The notes beneath the pieces are model-generated. The model searched no databases. It was not told where the DNA came from and was given only the letters and a program-made list of their open reading frames with translations. The position numbers were made by a program, and so were the translations under genes. DNA of 64,000 nucleotides from Rhizophagus irregularis. Its lineage: Eukaryota. The stretch's first letter is position 1, and each line of letters begins with the position of its first letter. Shown in pieces: positions 51,773 through 64,000 of the stretch. Location: NCBI RefSeq assembly GCF_026210795.1, contig NC_089432.1, positions 1,550,001 through 1,614,000 on the forward strand. The letters are read 5' to 3'.

Positions 51773-53900
51773 TTACTCATTTTCGATATTTTCCTTCTCG
51801 CCAGAACCAATCATTGATTGATGATCATCATTGTTATTATATGATCGAGAGATTGTCCATTCCGGAGCATCTTCAGGTGGCTTAAAATTATCGCACCATT
51901 TTTTATCTTCATACCAACGGCGATGAAAAACTTTTACATGGCTTATTGCCAACGCTATCAGATAGACAAAGTAATTCACGAACCTATTGAATAAAAAAAA
52001 ATCAATAATCAGTATCGATAAAATGATGAATTACGCAAACTCGAAGCAAATAAGCAATTTACTTATACGACCCGACCTCCAGGGTTTGTCATAAACATGA
52101 AGAATATGTTTATCTGTTGTTTTTTTATTTTTTGGTCAGATATTCATATTGACTTCTTTTTGGGCAAGTTCATCGTCAGTTTCAGACACTTCATTGCTAT
52201 GGAATTCGCTTTCATTCATCAATAATTCACAATCGTCATTGAATTTGTCCTAAGATAAAGATGATGGTTTAAGCTTGCTAAGTAAATTATCTTTGGCATT
52301 AAACATGTAGATCAAACCTTTCTAGCGTCTTTCCTTTTTCTATCTGAAGTAAATGAATCGATTAGTGACAAGTTTTAACTTGCTAGACTAGTTTACCAAA
52401 GTACTTACATCGCCTCTACGAGAATTGATTCCTTTTCTTATTTTTCTGACTTTGCTTTTTCTGGATCAAGATTAATCCTCCAATTTTCATGATGGTGACG
52501 ATGCAATTGTTGCAAAACCCATTTCAGTTCCGTGTCTTTGTATTGAAATCTTCCCTTCATAGCTTTATCAATCTCTTTCATTATATTTTTTGCAACATGT
52601 CGGGCAATATCAATCCATTTTTTAGTATGGTCCAGTTGCAACGTGTTATCAAGACCACTCAAGATCTGCACTACTTCATCCTTAATTCAAAAAAAGGTTA
52701 GTAATATTTAAGAAAAAAAAGAAATAGTAATTATAGTAAAAAATAACTTACATGAAAATTCTTACACAGGTAAAATAATGATTAATCAGGTACCATCCTA
52801 ATTGGTATATATTTTTCCAATCAGATTAAATAGTTATCAATTGGATAAAGTTTCAAATCAGATATCAATCAGGATATAATCTGATTTATAAAATATAATT
52901 CAATAGGTATACCGATTAGTTTCAATTTATTAAATAGTAATATAATAAAATATTTATAGTAATTATATTAAAAATAAGACTATTTCTATTTATTGGCTAA
53001 TTTTTTCGATTTTATTAATTTAATTAATCAATAAAAATTTGACTTTATTAAATCACACTACATAATGTTTTGATACAAAGATGTTATAATACATAAGGAA
53101 AGAACAAAAAAAAAATGCAATAAGGAAGAATAAAGTGAAAGATCAAGGGAGAATAAAGGGAAGAAAATAACGAAAAATGATAATAAAAGCGAAATACAAT
53201 AAAAGGTGATGATGAAAAATGAAATATAATGAAAGTTGATGATAAAAAGCAAAATACAACGAAAGGTGATGATGAAAAGCAAAATAAAATGAAAGTTGAT
53301 GACAAAAAACAAAATGCAACAAAAATTAGTTATTAAGAATGAAATATAACGAAAAGTGATGATGAAAAATGTGAAAATTGAGGATGAAAAGTGAAATACA
53401 ATGAAAGGTGATGATGAAAAGCGAAATGTAATGAAATTTGATGATAAAAAATAAAAGATGACAAAAAAGAGATAGATAAACAATAAAGGGTGAAGGGAAA
53501 TGAAAATGAATAAAAAAAAGTAATAAAATAAATGAAAAGGAATAAAGAAAATAACAGGTAAATGAAAAGAAACAAAGGAAAACGAAAATAAACAAAAAAA
53601 AAAAAATAATGAAACAAAGGGACACGAAAATAAATAAAAGGAAAAAATAAGTGAAAAAATAAAGGAAGAACCGAAATATCCACCCATAAAAAAAGAAAAA
53701 AAAGAACTGGTTAATATTGTCTTAAAGCAGTTAGCAAATAAATCTAAAATAACTGAATGAAAAAGACTCACCTTGAATTTCTGCTGAAATGAAAACTGAA
53801 AACAGTTGCACCTAAAAAAGAAAAGAACGAGTTACAAAAGAAAGGAAAATAGAAGTGAAAAAAAAAAGAAAAAAAAAAGAAGAAAAGACTTACCTATTTG
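51773..53900 (-). pseudogene. decayed accessory gene of the CACTA-like element
   Basis: Spliced fragments (LKWVLQQLHRHHHENW; PPEDAPEWTI) downstream of the transposase, with a degenerate ~30-bp repeat tract at 53060-53760. Confidence 0.45.
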
Positions 53901-54055
53901 AATTCCAAAGCTAAATTACAAAAAATTTCACATTTAAATTCCGATTATTTAAAATAGTAATTCTTACATTATTATTTTTCAATAAATAAAAAGATTCAAA
54001 TAATTTTTTTTATTGTTCGATTAATTAATAATTAATAAAGTGTGATTATAAAAAA

Positions 54056-55928
54056 TTATAAATGAAAATGCCTGTTAATTGGAATTACAGCCATAAATGT
54101 AACAGGATTCCTTTGACTTACTATAAATTTACTAGGTATAAATCGGCTATAAATATGATGAATTGGTATAATACTATCCCTGCCAATTTCATAAAACCTA
54201 TTTTTCCAAAGCTCTATATTACAAATATTAATATCATTTTCAATCTGACAATAAAACCTTTTTTGATAGTTAGGTGCTGGTAAATACCATTTAACAAAGG
54301 CTAATTTATGGGTTTGTTTACTACTTGGAAGATTGACTTCATGTTCAAGGTAATACTGCACTTGTCCAGAAAACACATCAGCTACATTATTATCTTGAAC
54401 AAATTTTGCAAGAATAAATGAATTCTTATAAAAACGAGGCGTATTTGCTGATCCAAAAATTTCAGCACCAATTCAGATACATCCATACTGATTAATGATT
54501 GGCCGAACAACAATTGGATGTCTGGATTGTAATCTGCTTTCTATTGAATCAGCTATAGTAACAAATTTTAAATTATACACATTATTGTAATAATCTACCA
54601 AAAGTTTATATATATTATTTGGCAGAATCACATCTTGTTTTCTTGGTGTCATTATCTCTCTGGGAAACTGTTCACTACCAGTTATTGTATCTTCAACTTC
54701 AAGGCTATAAATTAATCTAAATCGGTACAATTCATCCCATTCAAAATTATCATATGCTAATAAACTTCCTGTTGTTAGCCAGGATTTTACCAATTTTAAT
54801 CCTTCAACTAATTTTGAATTATTTAATTGATTGGATATTAGGTCATCCAATCACCAATTTTGCATAATAATCCTCAATAATTCTGGTTCAATTTGGCGGT
54901 AAGAATTTGGAAATGATCCTTAATAATAAAATGAAATTAGTATATATTTAATCAATATGACCCAGTCACCAGTTCTTAATTATTTACCTAATAGTCCATT
55001 CATTCGTTCAAATGAATAACACCAAAATGAATATAAAGGATTATAGTCCTAACAGCATTCTGAAATGTAAAGGGAAAGATGAATATTTGGTGTAATCATT
55101 TCTGGTCTATAAATATTTTCGATTAACTGAGCAACCTTTAATAATCAGTTATGTGCTTCAGTTAATTTGCTTTCGTCAATAATGCGTAAAACCAGCAAGT
55201 AATATGCCCTAACAAAATTAGCCAAAATCTTCTGATCAGGATCGTTTAACAAATCCCACATCAATGGAGTCGCATAAATTAATATAAATGACCTCCATTG
55301 ATCGGCTATAAATCCAGAGAATCCCTCTCCAGTTGATATTTTAGAAGGAATTCTTTCTAAATCAGCTGGGATTTTAATTTGTTTTGCACGAGATTCCATT
55401 ATTTCTAGGTGAGATTTAGTAAGTTTCCCACTATCAATCCATATTTTTTTAACGATCCAGTGGGAAATTCCCAGAAATAAGCAGTACATCGGATTTACGA
55501 TCAGATGCCTGATCAGATTATGATAGGTAATCTAAGCATTTCAGACCACCTTACATGGGTAGCCCTGACGTGCTGTTTCCTATCTTTTTTGGTTAGTTTA
55601 TATTTCCAGAGGATGGCATTATGCCGATGCTCTTCTGGATCTCGCATTTTAAACCAATTGGGCATATCTTCAAATCCTGCACGCTTGTAACATCTGTGGC
55701 AACCAGCTAATGCTGATATATGGCCACATAACTTTTTTGCAGCTGGAATGTCATTGCTGCAACAAATTACAGCCAATCGAATTCTCTTTCCTGCTGGATT
55801 TATCTCTGTTTCTGGCAAATCAACTCCATCCCACAATTCCAATAATTCATTAACAATTGGCTGTAAATAATTGTTAATTTGATGTAATTTGACTTCATGG
55901 GGCCCTGGTAGTAATCCCAGAATAAAGA
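54056..55928 (-). mobile_element. CACTA/EnSpm (CMC) transposase pseudogene, 5'-truncated
   Basis: ILGLLPGPHEV...YLQPIVNELLELW, DIPAAKKLCG, CHRC, M(H>Y)CLFLG, GFSGF(T>I)ADQW, ITPNIHLSLHI, FWCYSFERMNGLLG, GQVQYYLEH...LAFVKW; stops and frameshifts. Confidence 0.85.
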
Positions 55929-56202
55929 TGCATGTCGTAAATAAAGAATTTTGACATGTCGAAAATGTCAAAAAAAAATAAACAATTCGTCAATGCAAAT
56001 CAAAATGGTAAAAAGCCGAAATAAATTCGTCAAGTTGAAATTGGCAAAATTGTCGAAATAATGATTGGCTGCAGATCAACATTTTTTTGTGATGTAATGA
56101 TGTGGCTGGCAAAATTGAATATAAATAAACACGTCATAAAATCAAAAAAAAAAATATTTTTCTTCTTGATTTCACACGAAATATTATCAAATATTTTTTT
56201 GT

Positions 56203-58850
56203 TTGAATATGTCGAAAACACCTTCTGCTATTCTCAATTCAAAGATTTGTGGAAAAAAAGCTTTTTTACCAGACGATATTATTGAAAATTCAGTTTTAAC
56301 AGTGCTTTCACATATTTGGACAGTAACAAATAAAAAAATTGATTCGTGTGTTTTCGAACAAGATAAAGTGAGAATAATATTTAAGAAGAATGAAGATCGC
56401 ACGTATATTTGACTTACAAGAGTTGTCATCAAGTTTTACGTTCATCAATAAGGTATAAGATTTCCTCGTTTTTGGACAACTTTGTCCACTTTTTTTCATT
56501 TTGGATAATTTTGTCCACTTTTTTATTAGGTTTGGACAATTTTGTCCACTTTTTATCGGGTTTGGTCACTTTTTACGGGTTTGGACAATTTTGTCCAATT
56601 TTTTTCATTTTTGGTCATTCATTTCTGTCCACTTTTTTTCATTTCCGGACAATTTTGTCCACTTTTTTGTCATGTTTGGTCACTTTTCTATGGGTTTGGA
56701 CAATTTTGTCCACTTTTTTTCGTTCTTGGTCATTCATCTCTGTTCGCTTTTTTTTCATTTCTTGACAACTTTGTCCACTTTTTTATTGGGTTTGATCACT
56801 TTTTTACAGGTTTGGACAATTTTGTCCACTTTTTTTCGTTGTTGGACATTCATCTCTGTCCACTTTTTTTTTCATTTCTGGACAACTTTGTCCACTTTTT
56901 TTTTATTTTTGGACAATTTTGTCCATTTTTTCCTTGGTATTAGAACAATTACATTTTTTCTGAATAAAATATTTTATTTTTTTAGGATAGTTTGACTGAA
57001 CTCGAGAATTACAAGAATCTATATGAATTATACAAAAGTAAATATGATTCAGTATTGAATAATAATGCTAAATTACAGGTAAATATAAATTATAAGAATG
57101 ATGTTTGGTTTTTAATTTATAAAATTTATATCTTACTTTTTTTATTATTTAATTTCTGATAATAGAACGAATTGCAAAAGTACTTTAATCTTGAATTAGT
57201 AACGCCAGAAAATACGCGTCCAGTTAGTGTTGGTACAGCTGATACTATAATTTCAGATATGGATAAACCATTAAAACAATTGTTACAGTATTCAACACCT
57301 GAACATTTACCTGAATCCACAACATCAACTCCCTACTCAACATTATATCACGAAATTAATGACTCAGAACTTGCCCGTGCTCTGAACTGTGATTTAGCTT
57401 TAAATCACCTCACAACTCTTGATATACCATCAAAAATTTGGTCAAATCTAAATAATCGTTGCATTGAAAAATTTGGCAGCCAAAATTGCATAAAAAATAA
57501 CGCTACCATTTCAAATATAACATGGGCCAAAACAACATTGTCAGGTTACCGCAACTGGAACATGATGCGAAATTATTATGATGATATTGATAAGTGGATA
57601 GTAAAAATTAATAACTTCTGTAAGTAAAATTTATCAAATAAAATTGTTCTTGATTACAAAATCTTATAATTATTCACATCTAAATTTTATAGGTTTTGTT
57701 GAAGATGAGGTTAATGATTCTCAGCCTATAAGTGAAGAATCAAGTAATCATGAAAGTACCAAATTAAAATCACCTTCGCAAGCACTACTAGCAAGTACCA
57801 AATTGAATCCACCTTCACAATCGCCACTAGCAGCTGATGAAAGTACCGAAGCTAATAAAAGTACCGAATTAAATCCACCTTCACAATCGCCACTGGCAGC
57901 TGATGAAAGTACCGAATCTAATGAAAGTACCAGATTGAATCTACCTCTATCAACAAAAGTACCAACAAAAAAGCTACCAGCAAAATCACAAGTAAAATCA
58001 CCTACATTAAAGTCAGTAGAAAAAGTACCAAATGTGGAAGTGGCAGTAGTAGTAGAATCACCAACTTTCGAGCCATTAATCTCAGAAGTAGCAGATAAAT
58101 CTCGAGTAATACATACATCAATATCAAAGGTATTAACAAAAAAATGTAAGTATGAGTGTGTTGAAGTTTCAGTTTCTTCAGAAGAGGATAGTGAAAGTGA
58201 TCATGATGATAATGATGATGATAAAGCTATTGTAAATGAAGAGTTAAATTCTACTCAGATGCTTTTGTTTATTAAGGAAAGGAAACTATGTGAAATTTTG
58301 CTGGCAAATGATGAACATTTCGTTGCCTCAGAAAAATCAAAAACTACTGAAATATTTACTGCATTGGCTGAGTTATCAAAATTTGAAACAATTAAAGTAG
58401 TTGACAAGGAATCTGCTACTAAGAGGATAAATCAATGGAGGAATCAGGAAACGTATTGTGAAAAGCTGCTAATTGCGGCTGAATCTTTTAACTTATTGCA
58501 TTTGGCGTCGTTGGTCCAAATTTATGATGATCTTACAAAGCTCAGTTCAGAATTAGAAGTTAAAAATGTAAAATCTTAGGTTATTTTATTCATGCGATCT
58601 ATACTTAAAATTGGCAGAAAAGCCAAACAAAGAAATAGGCTGGGTTGTGATAGGTTACGTAGGTTATTTAATGAAGGAATAACAGCTGCGCAACTTGCGC
58701 AAGCAGGTTGTCGCAAATGTGATTTTTTTGTTACAAAAGAAAATTACGAAATATTTTTATCACAAATTCCTTCTTTATAAACTCACTAATCAATTACTTC
58801 GAGCATGTCAGTTGAACGTATATCAGAAATCATTGAGCCAAAACAAAAGT
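56203..58850 (+). pseudogene. spliced accessory gene of unknown function inside the hAT composite
   Basis: ORF pieces 56203-56412, 57172-57627, 57644-58579 and 58592-58780 linked by GT-AG introns; in-frame stops TAG 58577 and TAA 58778; short S/P/E-rich internal repeat. Confidence 0.55.
56470..56930. repeat. array of quasi-palindromic TGGACAATTTTGTCCA motifs
   Basis: About 10 full or partial copies separated by T-rich related spacers; lies inside a predicted intron (GT 56453, AG 56985). Confidence 0.85.
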
Positions 58851-59029
58851 GAGTATAATTATTTTAAAGCATAATTAAATTATAAAATGTAAATGTAAAG
58901 TTATATGCATTAGAATATAAAATGCAAATTGCAATATTTTTTTTATAGCAATTAAAAAATAGTTTTATTTTGACAAATTTATCCAATAATATATATTATA
59001 TGTACGCTATAACTTAGTAATTTTATTCA

Positions 59030-59440
59030 GAAAGTGGACAAAATTGTCCAAAAAGACATTATGCTACTGATAAATTAAGTAATTTTATAATAAGATCAAT
59101 TTTATAATAGGCGACACGTTTAGGATTAGTAGTACAAAACGCATAATAATTAGAGTGGACAAATTTGTCCAAAAAGCAATTATACTATAATAAGATCGCG
59201 TTTAGGATTAGTAGTATAAAACGCATAATAATTAGAGTGGTCAAAATTGTCCAAAAAACCATTATGCTATAATAAGATCAATTTTATAGCATTTAGGATT
59301 AGTAGTACAAAACGCATAATAATTAGAGTGGTCAAAATTGTCCAAAAAGCCATTATGCTATAATAAGATCAATTTTATAGCATTTAGGATTAGTAGTACA
59401 AAACGCGTAATTAATAAGAGTGGACAAAATTGTCCAAAAA
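59030..59440. repeat. 82-91-bp tandem repeat carrying GTGGACAAAATTGTCCA (opposite orientation)
   Basis: TTTAGGATTAGTAGTACAAAACGC at 59119, 59201, 59292 and 59383. Confidence 0.85.
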
Positions 59441-59529
59441 AAAGTTTTTGAAAACGCGCAAACTCTTTTTAATTTCTTTAATTTTTTCATTTCAGATATA
59501 TATATTTTTTTCTTCTAGTCTCACACAAA

Positions 59530-61956
59530 ATGGATTTGCCTTTCGAACTTAAGCTTCTCAAAAAAGGTAGACCAAAAGATGACGTATGGCAATATTATTT
59601 AGAAGGGGAATGTGATTCACAGGGACACGCAAGTGCTGTATACACTTATTGTAATATAAAATACAGCAGGGGTGAAACTTCTCTTCTTAAGGGTCACCTT
59701 GCTAACCACTGTATGAAAGCTCCAGGAAATGTTATACGAATGTATCAACGTAACTTTGAAGAAAATGCCAAAAAAAAAATGAAAATTAATGGCCAATTAA
59801 CATTAAATGAATTTCATGATAAAGATCAGCCACTTCCAAAGGAAAATCTGATATAATCGATAAAGCGCTAATGAGATTTTTTATCTGTTGTGGTGTATCA
59901 TTTCGAATAGTCAAATCACCATTTTTTCTGGATTTTCTTCAAGAATTAAATTCGGTATATAACCCTCCTTCTCGTGATATTTTGACAAATCGTTTATTTG
60001 AAGAAGAATTAGGATATGTTAATTCCAAGGTTTTAAGAGAATTGGAAGCCACAAAAAATTTAACCTTAGGTATTTAAAATTTTGTTTATTCTCATTTTTA
60101 ATATACTTTTTTAATAAAATTTTTTTATTAGCTTTGGACGGGTGGTCCTCTCTGAATCACCTTTCAATATGGAATTTTACAATCTTGATGCCAACAAATA
60201 AAGAATATATTTATCAACTTTAGATTTATCTAGTAATTTCCATACAGGTGAATTCATCGCAGAAAAAATAGAAGATATTCTAATTCGTGTTGGTGCTGAA
60301 AAATTTTCCGCTATAGTAAGCGATAATGGTTCTAATGTGCGAAAAGCACGTGGAATTATTCAAAGCAAGCATCTATACATTGAAGATGTTCAGTATATTT
60401 CACATTGTGTAAACTTAATATCTTGCGATATTGTAAAACATCCGTTTGCTGAAAATCTACTAAAAAAAATCAATATATTGGCGAATTTTTTTCGAAACAA
60501 TGCAATGGCAGGTATGAATTCCCAGATATTAACAATTTTTTTTTAGTTTAACTTACTCTAATTACTATTTAACTAGGAGTTAAGCTTTGTGAACTTATAA
60601 AATCAATGAATGTTAAAGGCGGTGGAATTGTCCCATTTTGCAAGACCAGATGGACTACAGCATTTCAAAGTATTTCAGATATTATAAGGCTAAAAGCTGT
60701 TCTCGAAGAAGTATGTAAAAAGTTACAATTTTAATTACTATTATATATATATCACTTATTCTTTAATCTTTATTACAGTTAGCTAGTAACTATTCAAACA
60801 TTTTATCAAATGAAAAAATCAAACCAATTATTCGTTCATGGAACTTTTTCAATGACTTGAAGGTTCTCGCATTTATTTTAAAACCCCTTCGTGATACTAT
60901 ACTATTATTAGAAAGAAGTTCAGCTAACTTAAGTCTGTTATCTTGGAATGGCTTGTATCACGGCTTCCATGAAAAAATTACCAAGAACCTTCAATCAGGA
61001 ATTCAAAAATCATTGTATTTCAATGATTAATAAAAGACTTGAAGAGTTTGATGATGACAATTATTTACTAGCATTTTTTTTACATCCTCGCTTTCGTTAG
61101 TATATTAATTATTTTAATTATTCAATTTTATTATAAAATATTTAAATAATACTAATTAAATATAATTAATTAGGCACTTGCTTAAAATATGGTGTTTGGC
61201 AAAGAATAGTGATAATTGCTGGAAAAGTAGCTAAAAACGCGGGAATGGACTTAGAATGCTCTCGCATACTTTGTTCACAACTTTTAATGTATAAAAATAA
61301 TGAAACCAACCTTATTCTAATGGAATTGATGATCCAATCAAATGGTGGACAAGTATGGAACTAGAACCACCATATCTTCAATCACTCGCCTTACGATTAT
61401 TTTCTATTTACCCAAACTCTGCATCATGCGAACGGGGTTTTCTATGTGTGGCTGGATATGTAATAAAAGATGGCTTCGGCTTGGAGTTGAACGTTTAGAG
61501 TCAATAGCAAAGATAATATCGTATTATCAATCAAATGCACATTCAGAATTCGGATTTTATGGAAAGGGTACGAAGAAAGAGTCAGTAAAATTAAGCGATA
61601 GTGAAATAAATACTATCGTTAATAATAGTTTAGCAGAACTAGAACCTGAAGAAGAAGACGATGATGAAGAGATCATCAAGGAAATACAAGTTCGAAGAAC
61701 AACTGACAGACATCCTATTCCAAATAACCAAGTTGTAGTATTAATCGAAAATACTATAAATGTATTGCATCAAAACATTATTGATGGTTTGGATAAGGAT
61801 TTTTTGGAAGATGATGATAATTTAATCGAGGATAATTTGAATAATGACGATAACGAAAACAATAATTGCGACAATGAAAATGATAAGGAAGAAACTGGAA
61901 GAGGGATTATAAACTATAATGTAGAAGATTTGGCAAAAGAATTTGTTGATAAATGA
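59530..61956 (+). mobile_element. hAT transposase pseudogene (BED finger, DDE core, dimerisation domain)
   Basis: GRPKDDVWQYY...YC...LKGHLANHC; RFFICCGVSFRIV.SPFF; ALDGWS; IVSDNGSN; SHCVNL; CKTRWTT; FLHPRF; WW; PNSASCERGFS; several introns, frameshifts and stops. Confidence 0.9.
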
Positions 61957-62004
61957 CGATATATTTTTTTTTTTGGCAATTTTTTCTTATTTTGTAGGCA
62001 ATTT

Positions 62005-62625
62005 TTTTTGGACAATTTTGTCCAAATTTCATACTTTGTAATTTTTTTTTGGACAGTTTTGTTCAAACTTCGTACTTTTTAGATTTTTTTTTCACATTAT
62101 TTTGTCCAATCTTTATAATTTTTTAGCGATTTGTCTATTTTTTTTTTTACTTTTTTTTGGATAATTTTGTCCAAATTCCATACTTTGTAATTTTTTTTGG
62201 ACAGTTTTGTTCAAACTTCGTACTTTTTAGATTTTTTTTTCACATTATTTTGTCCAATCTTTATAATTTTTTAGCGATTTGTCTATTTTTTTTTTTACTT
62301 TTTTTTTGGATAATTTTGTCCAAATTCCATACTTTGTAATTTTTTTTGGACAGTTTTGTTCAAACTTCGTACTTTTTAGATTTTTTTTTCACATTATTTT
62401 GTCCAATCTTTATAATTTTTTAGCGATTTGTCTATTTTTTTTTTTTACTTTTTTTTTGGACAATTTTGTCCAAATTTCGTACTTTGTAATTTTTTTTTGG
62501 ACAGTTTTGTTCAAACTTCGTACTTTTTAGATTTTTTTTTCACATTATTTTGTCCAATCTTTATAATTTTTTAGCGATTTGTCTATTTTTTTTTACTTTT
62601 TTTTTGGACAATTTTGTTCACTTAT
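62005..62625. repeat. ~149-bp tandem repeat, 4 copies
   Basis: GGAYAATTTTGTCCAAATT recurs at ~62010, 62159, 62308, 62458 and (partial) 62606. Confidence 0.9.
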
Positions 62626-62774
62626 GGATGATTTTGTCTATTTTTTTCACTAAATAAATAAGAATTTTTGCTTTAAATAAAACATTAACTAATTATTTTT
62701 ATTTAAATTTACATATTCATTTATTTACAATATCAATTTTGAATACATCAGTTTTTCATTTTGACAATTTTGAC

Positions 62775-63145
62775 AATTCGACAATTCTAAAAATTTCGAC
62801 ATGTCGAAATTAATTTCGTACAGTTTGTACATTTCGACAATTTCGTCAATTTGACAATTCTAAAAATTTTGACATGTCGAAATTAATTTCGTACAGTTTG
62901 TACATTTTGACAATTTCGTCAATTTGACAATTCTAAAAATTTCGACATGTCGAAATTAATTTCGTACAGTTTGTACATTTCAACAATTTCGTCAATTCGA
63001 CAATTCTAAAAATTTCGACATGTCGAAATTAATTTCGTACAGTTTGTACATTTCGACAATTTCGTCAATTCGACAATTCTAAAAATTTCGACATGTCGAA
63101 ATTAATTTCGTACAGTTTGTACATTTCGTCAATTTCATCAATTCG
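62775..63145. repeat. 73-bp tandem repeat, 5 copies, containing a 20-bp palindrome
   Basis: ACAATTCTAA at 62781, 62854, 62927, 63000 and 63073; unit contains AATTTCGACATGTCGAAATT. Confidence 0.92.
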
Positions 63146-63269
63146 ACATATCAAAATTATTTCGACAATTCTGACTATTTCGACATTTCAATAATTTCTA
63201 CATGTTGAAATTATTTCGGCATTTCGGCATTTCGACAGATTTTAATTTCGACATTTTGGCTTTAACCTT

Positions 63270-63720
63270 TACCATTTCAGCTGGTAACTTTATTTGCACT
63301 ATAAGAGACCTGTTTAATTTTTTCTAATCCTAATGTATTGAATAATTTATATAATTTTCTAGCTTTAAGGATTTTTTGACATAAATTCACATCTGTTATA
63401 TCAGGTAAAAGCTGTTTGATTTCTTGATATACCATAGATGTTGCAGTTTTTTTTTAACTCCACTGGCAACAAGGTTGTTAATCCTTTCATCATATTTTTC
63501 TATAAAGTAGTACCAGTATAAAATTGCTTCTTGGCCAAGCTTATTAGCTTTCCTGAACATGCAAACTATATTTTGTGCAGTATTTGAAGATGGATCCTGT
63601 CCTTCTAAAGTTTGATCCAACATAGTTGTATGTGCAGGTGACGATAACTGTTGCTTCAAATATGCTTTTATGTCATACAGGAATTGCATCATTACACGTG
63701 ACTTTTAACAAGAAAGAAAT
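63270..63720 (-). pseudogene. decayed repeat-family protein fragment
   Basis: ORF 63396-63692 shifts frame in a T-run and continues VYQEIKQLLPDITDVNLCQKILKARKLYKLFNTLGLEKIKQVSYSANK; cut off at the hAT composite boundary. Confidence 0.55.
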
Positions 63721-64000
63721 ACAATATATCAAATAAAAAATGTTGCTAAAGCACAACTGATATATAAAAAATGCGAATACAAAGCTGTTTCAACACGGGA
63801 GATGTAAACTAATCTTGATATTTACCAATTAGCTATCAGTCATTATGATATTTTTTATTCAAGGATCATTATCCTCTGTTTTTACCAAACTGATTTTAAG
63901 ATTTACATATAAAGGGATGCTGCAGAAATAAATATTTTTTTTATTAAGGAATCATATGTCGATTATGTCGATTTAAATTCTTTAATTTAGGCATATCAGT

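Larger units (their letters stand above)
55930..63270 (+). mobile_element. composite hAT-transposase element with accessory gene and repeat arrays (boundaries approximate)
   Basis: TTCGACA/TGTCGAA repeats at both ends; truncates the CACTA transposase on the left and another ORF on the right; contains genes at 56203-58850 and 59530-61956; no TIR/TSD pair resolved. Confidence 0.5.

Noticed and set aside
53058..53771. 237-aa Phe-rich membrane protein ORF and overlapping ORFs
   Set aside because: Artefact of a purine-skewed degenerate repeat; open in several frames
56470..56930. CRISPR-like array of palindromic repeats with spacers
   Set aside because: Spacers are related T-rich sequences of irregular length, repeats are only ~16 bp, no cas genes, eukaryotic transposon context
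56409..56995. Three overlapping Phe-rich ORFs (also 62157-62530)
   Set aside because: Translations of the T-rich palindrome arrays

Overview
AT-rich, intron-containing eukaryotic DNA. The gene families present (kinase+Sel1, Crinkler-type Ubl/NTPase/REase effectors, N-terminally extended TRP-like channels, hAT and CACTA transposases) point to an arbuscular mycorrhizal fungus of the Rhizophagus type; this is an inference, not a database result. Left half: a small secreted protein (3580-3975), a spliced kinase-Sel1 gene (9772-12142), two paralogous TRP-like channel genes (17937-22215 and 33728-38060, the second with a single TGG>TAG stop), an apparently intact Crinkler-REase gene (24972-27080, minus) and several MITE/foldback elements, some with clear target-site duplications. 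About 39.3-51.3 kb is a gene-dense, visibly less AT-rich block of Crinkler-type genes and pseudogenes ending in a decayed tyrosine recombinase whose motifs look telomere-resolvase (protelomerase)-like; this is the best candidate for an undescribed cargo-carrying mobile or virus-like element. The block also contains an in-frame 58-bp micro-inversion, a captured 54-bp tandem repeat and a (TTAGGG)n insertion inside coding sequence. The right end is nested decayed DNA transposons (CACTA/EnSpm, and a composite hAT with palindromic repeat arrays) showing many apparent CpA>TpA changes. All splice models, motif calls and consensus comparisons were made by eye.
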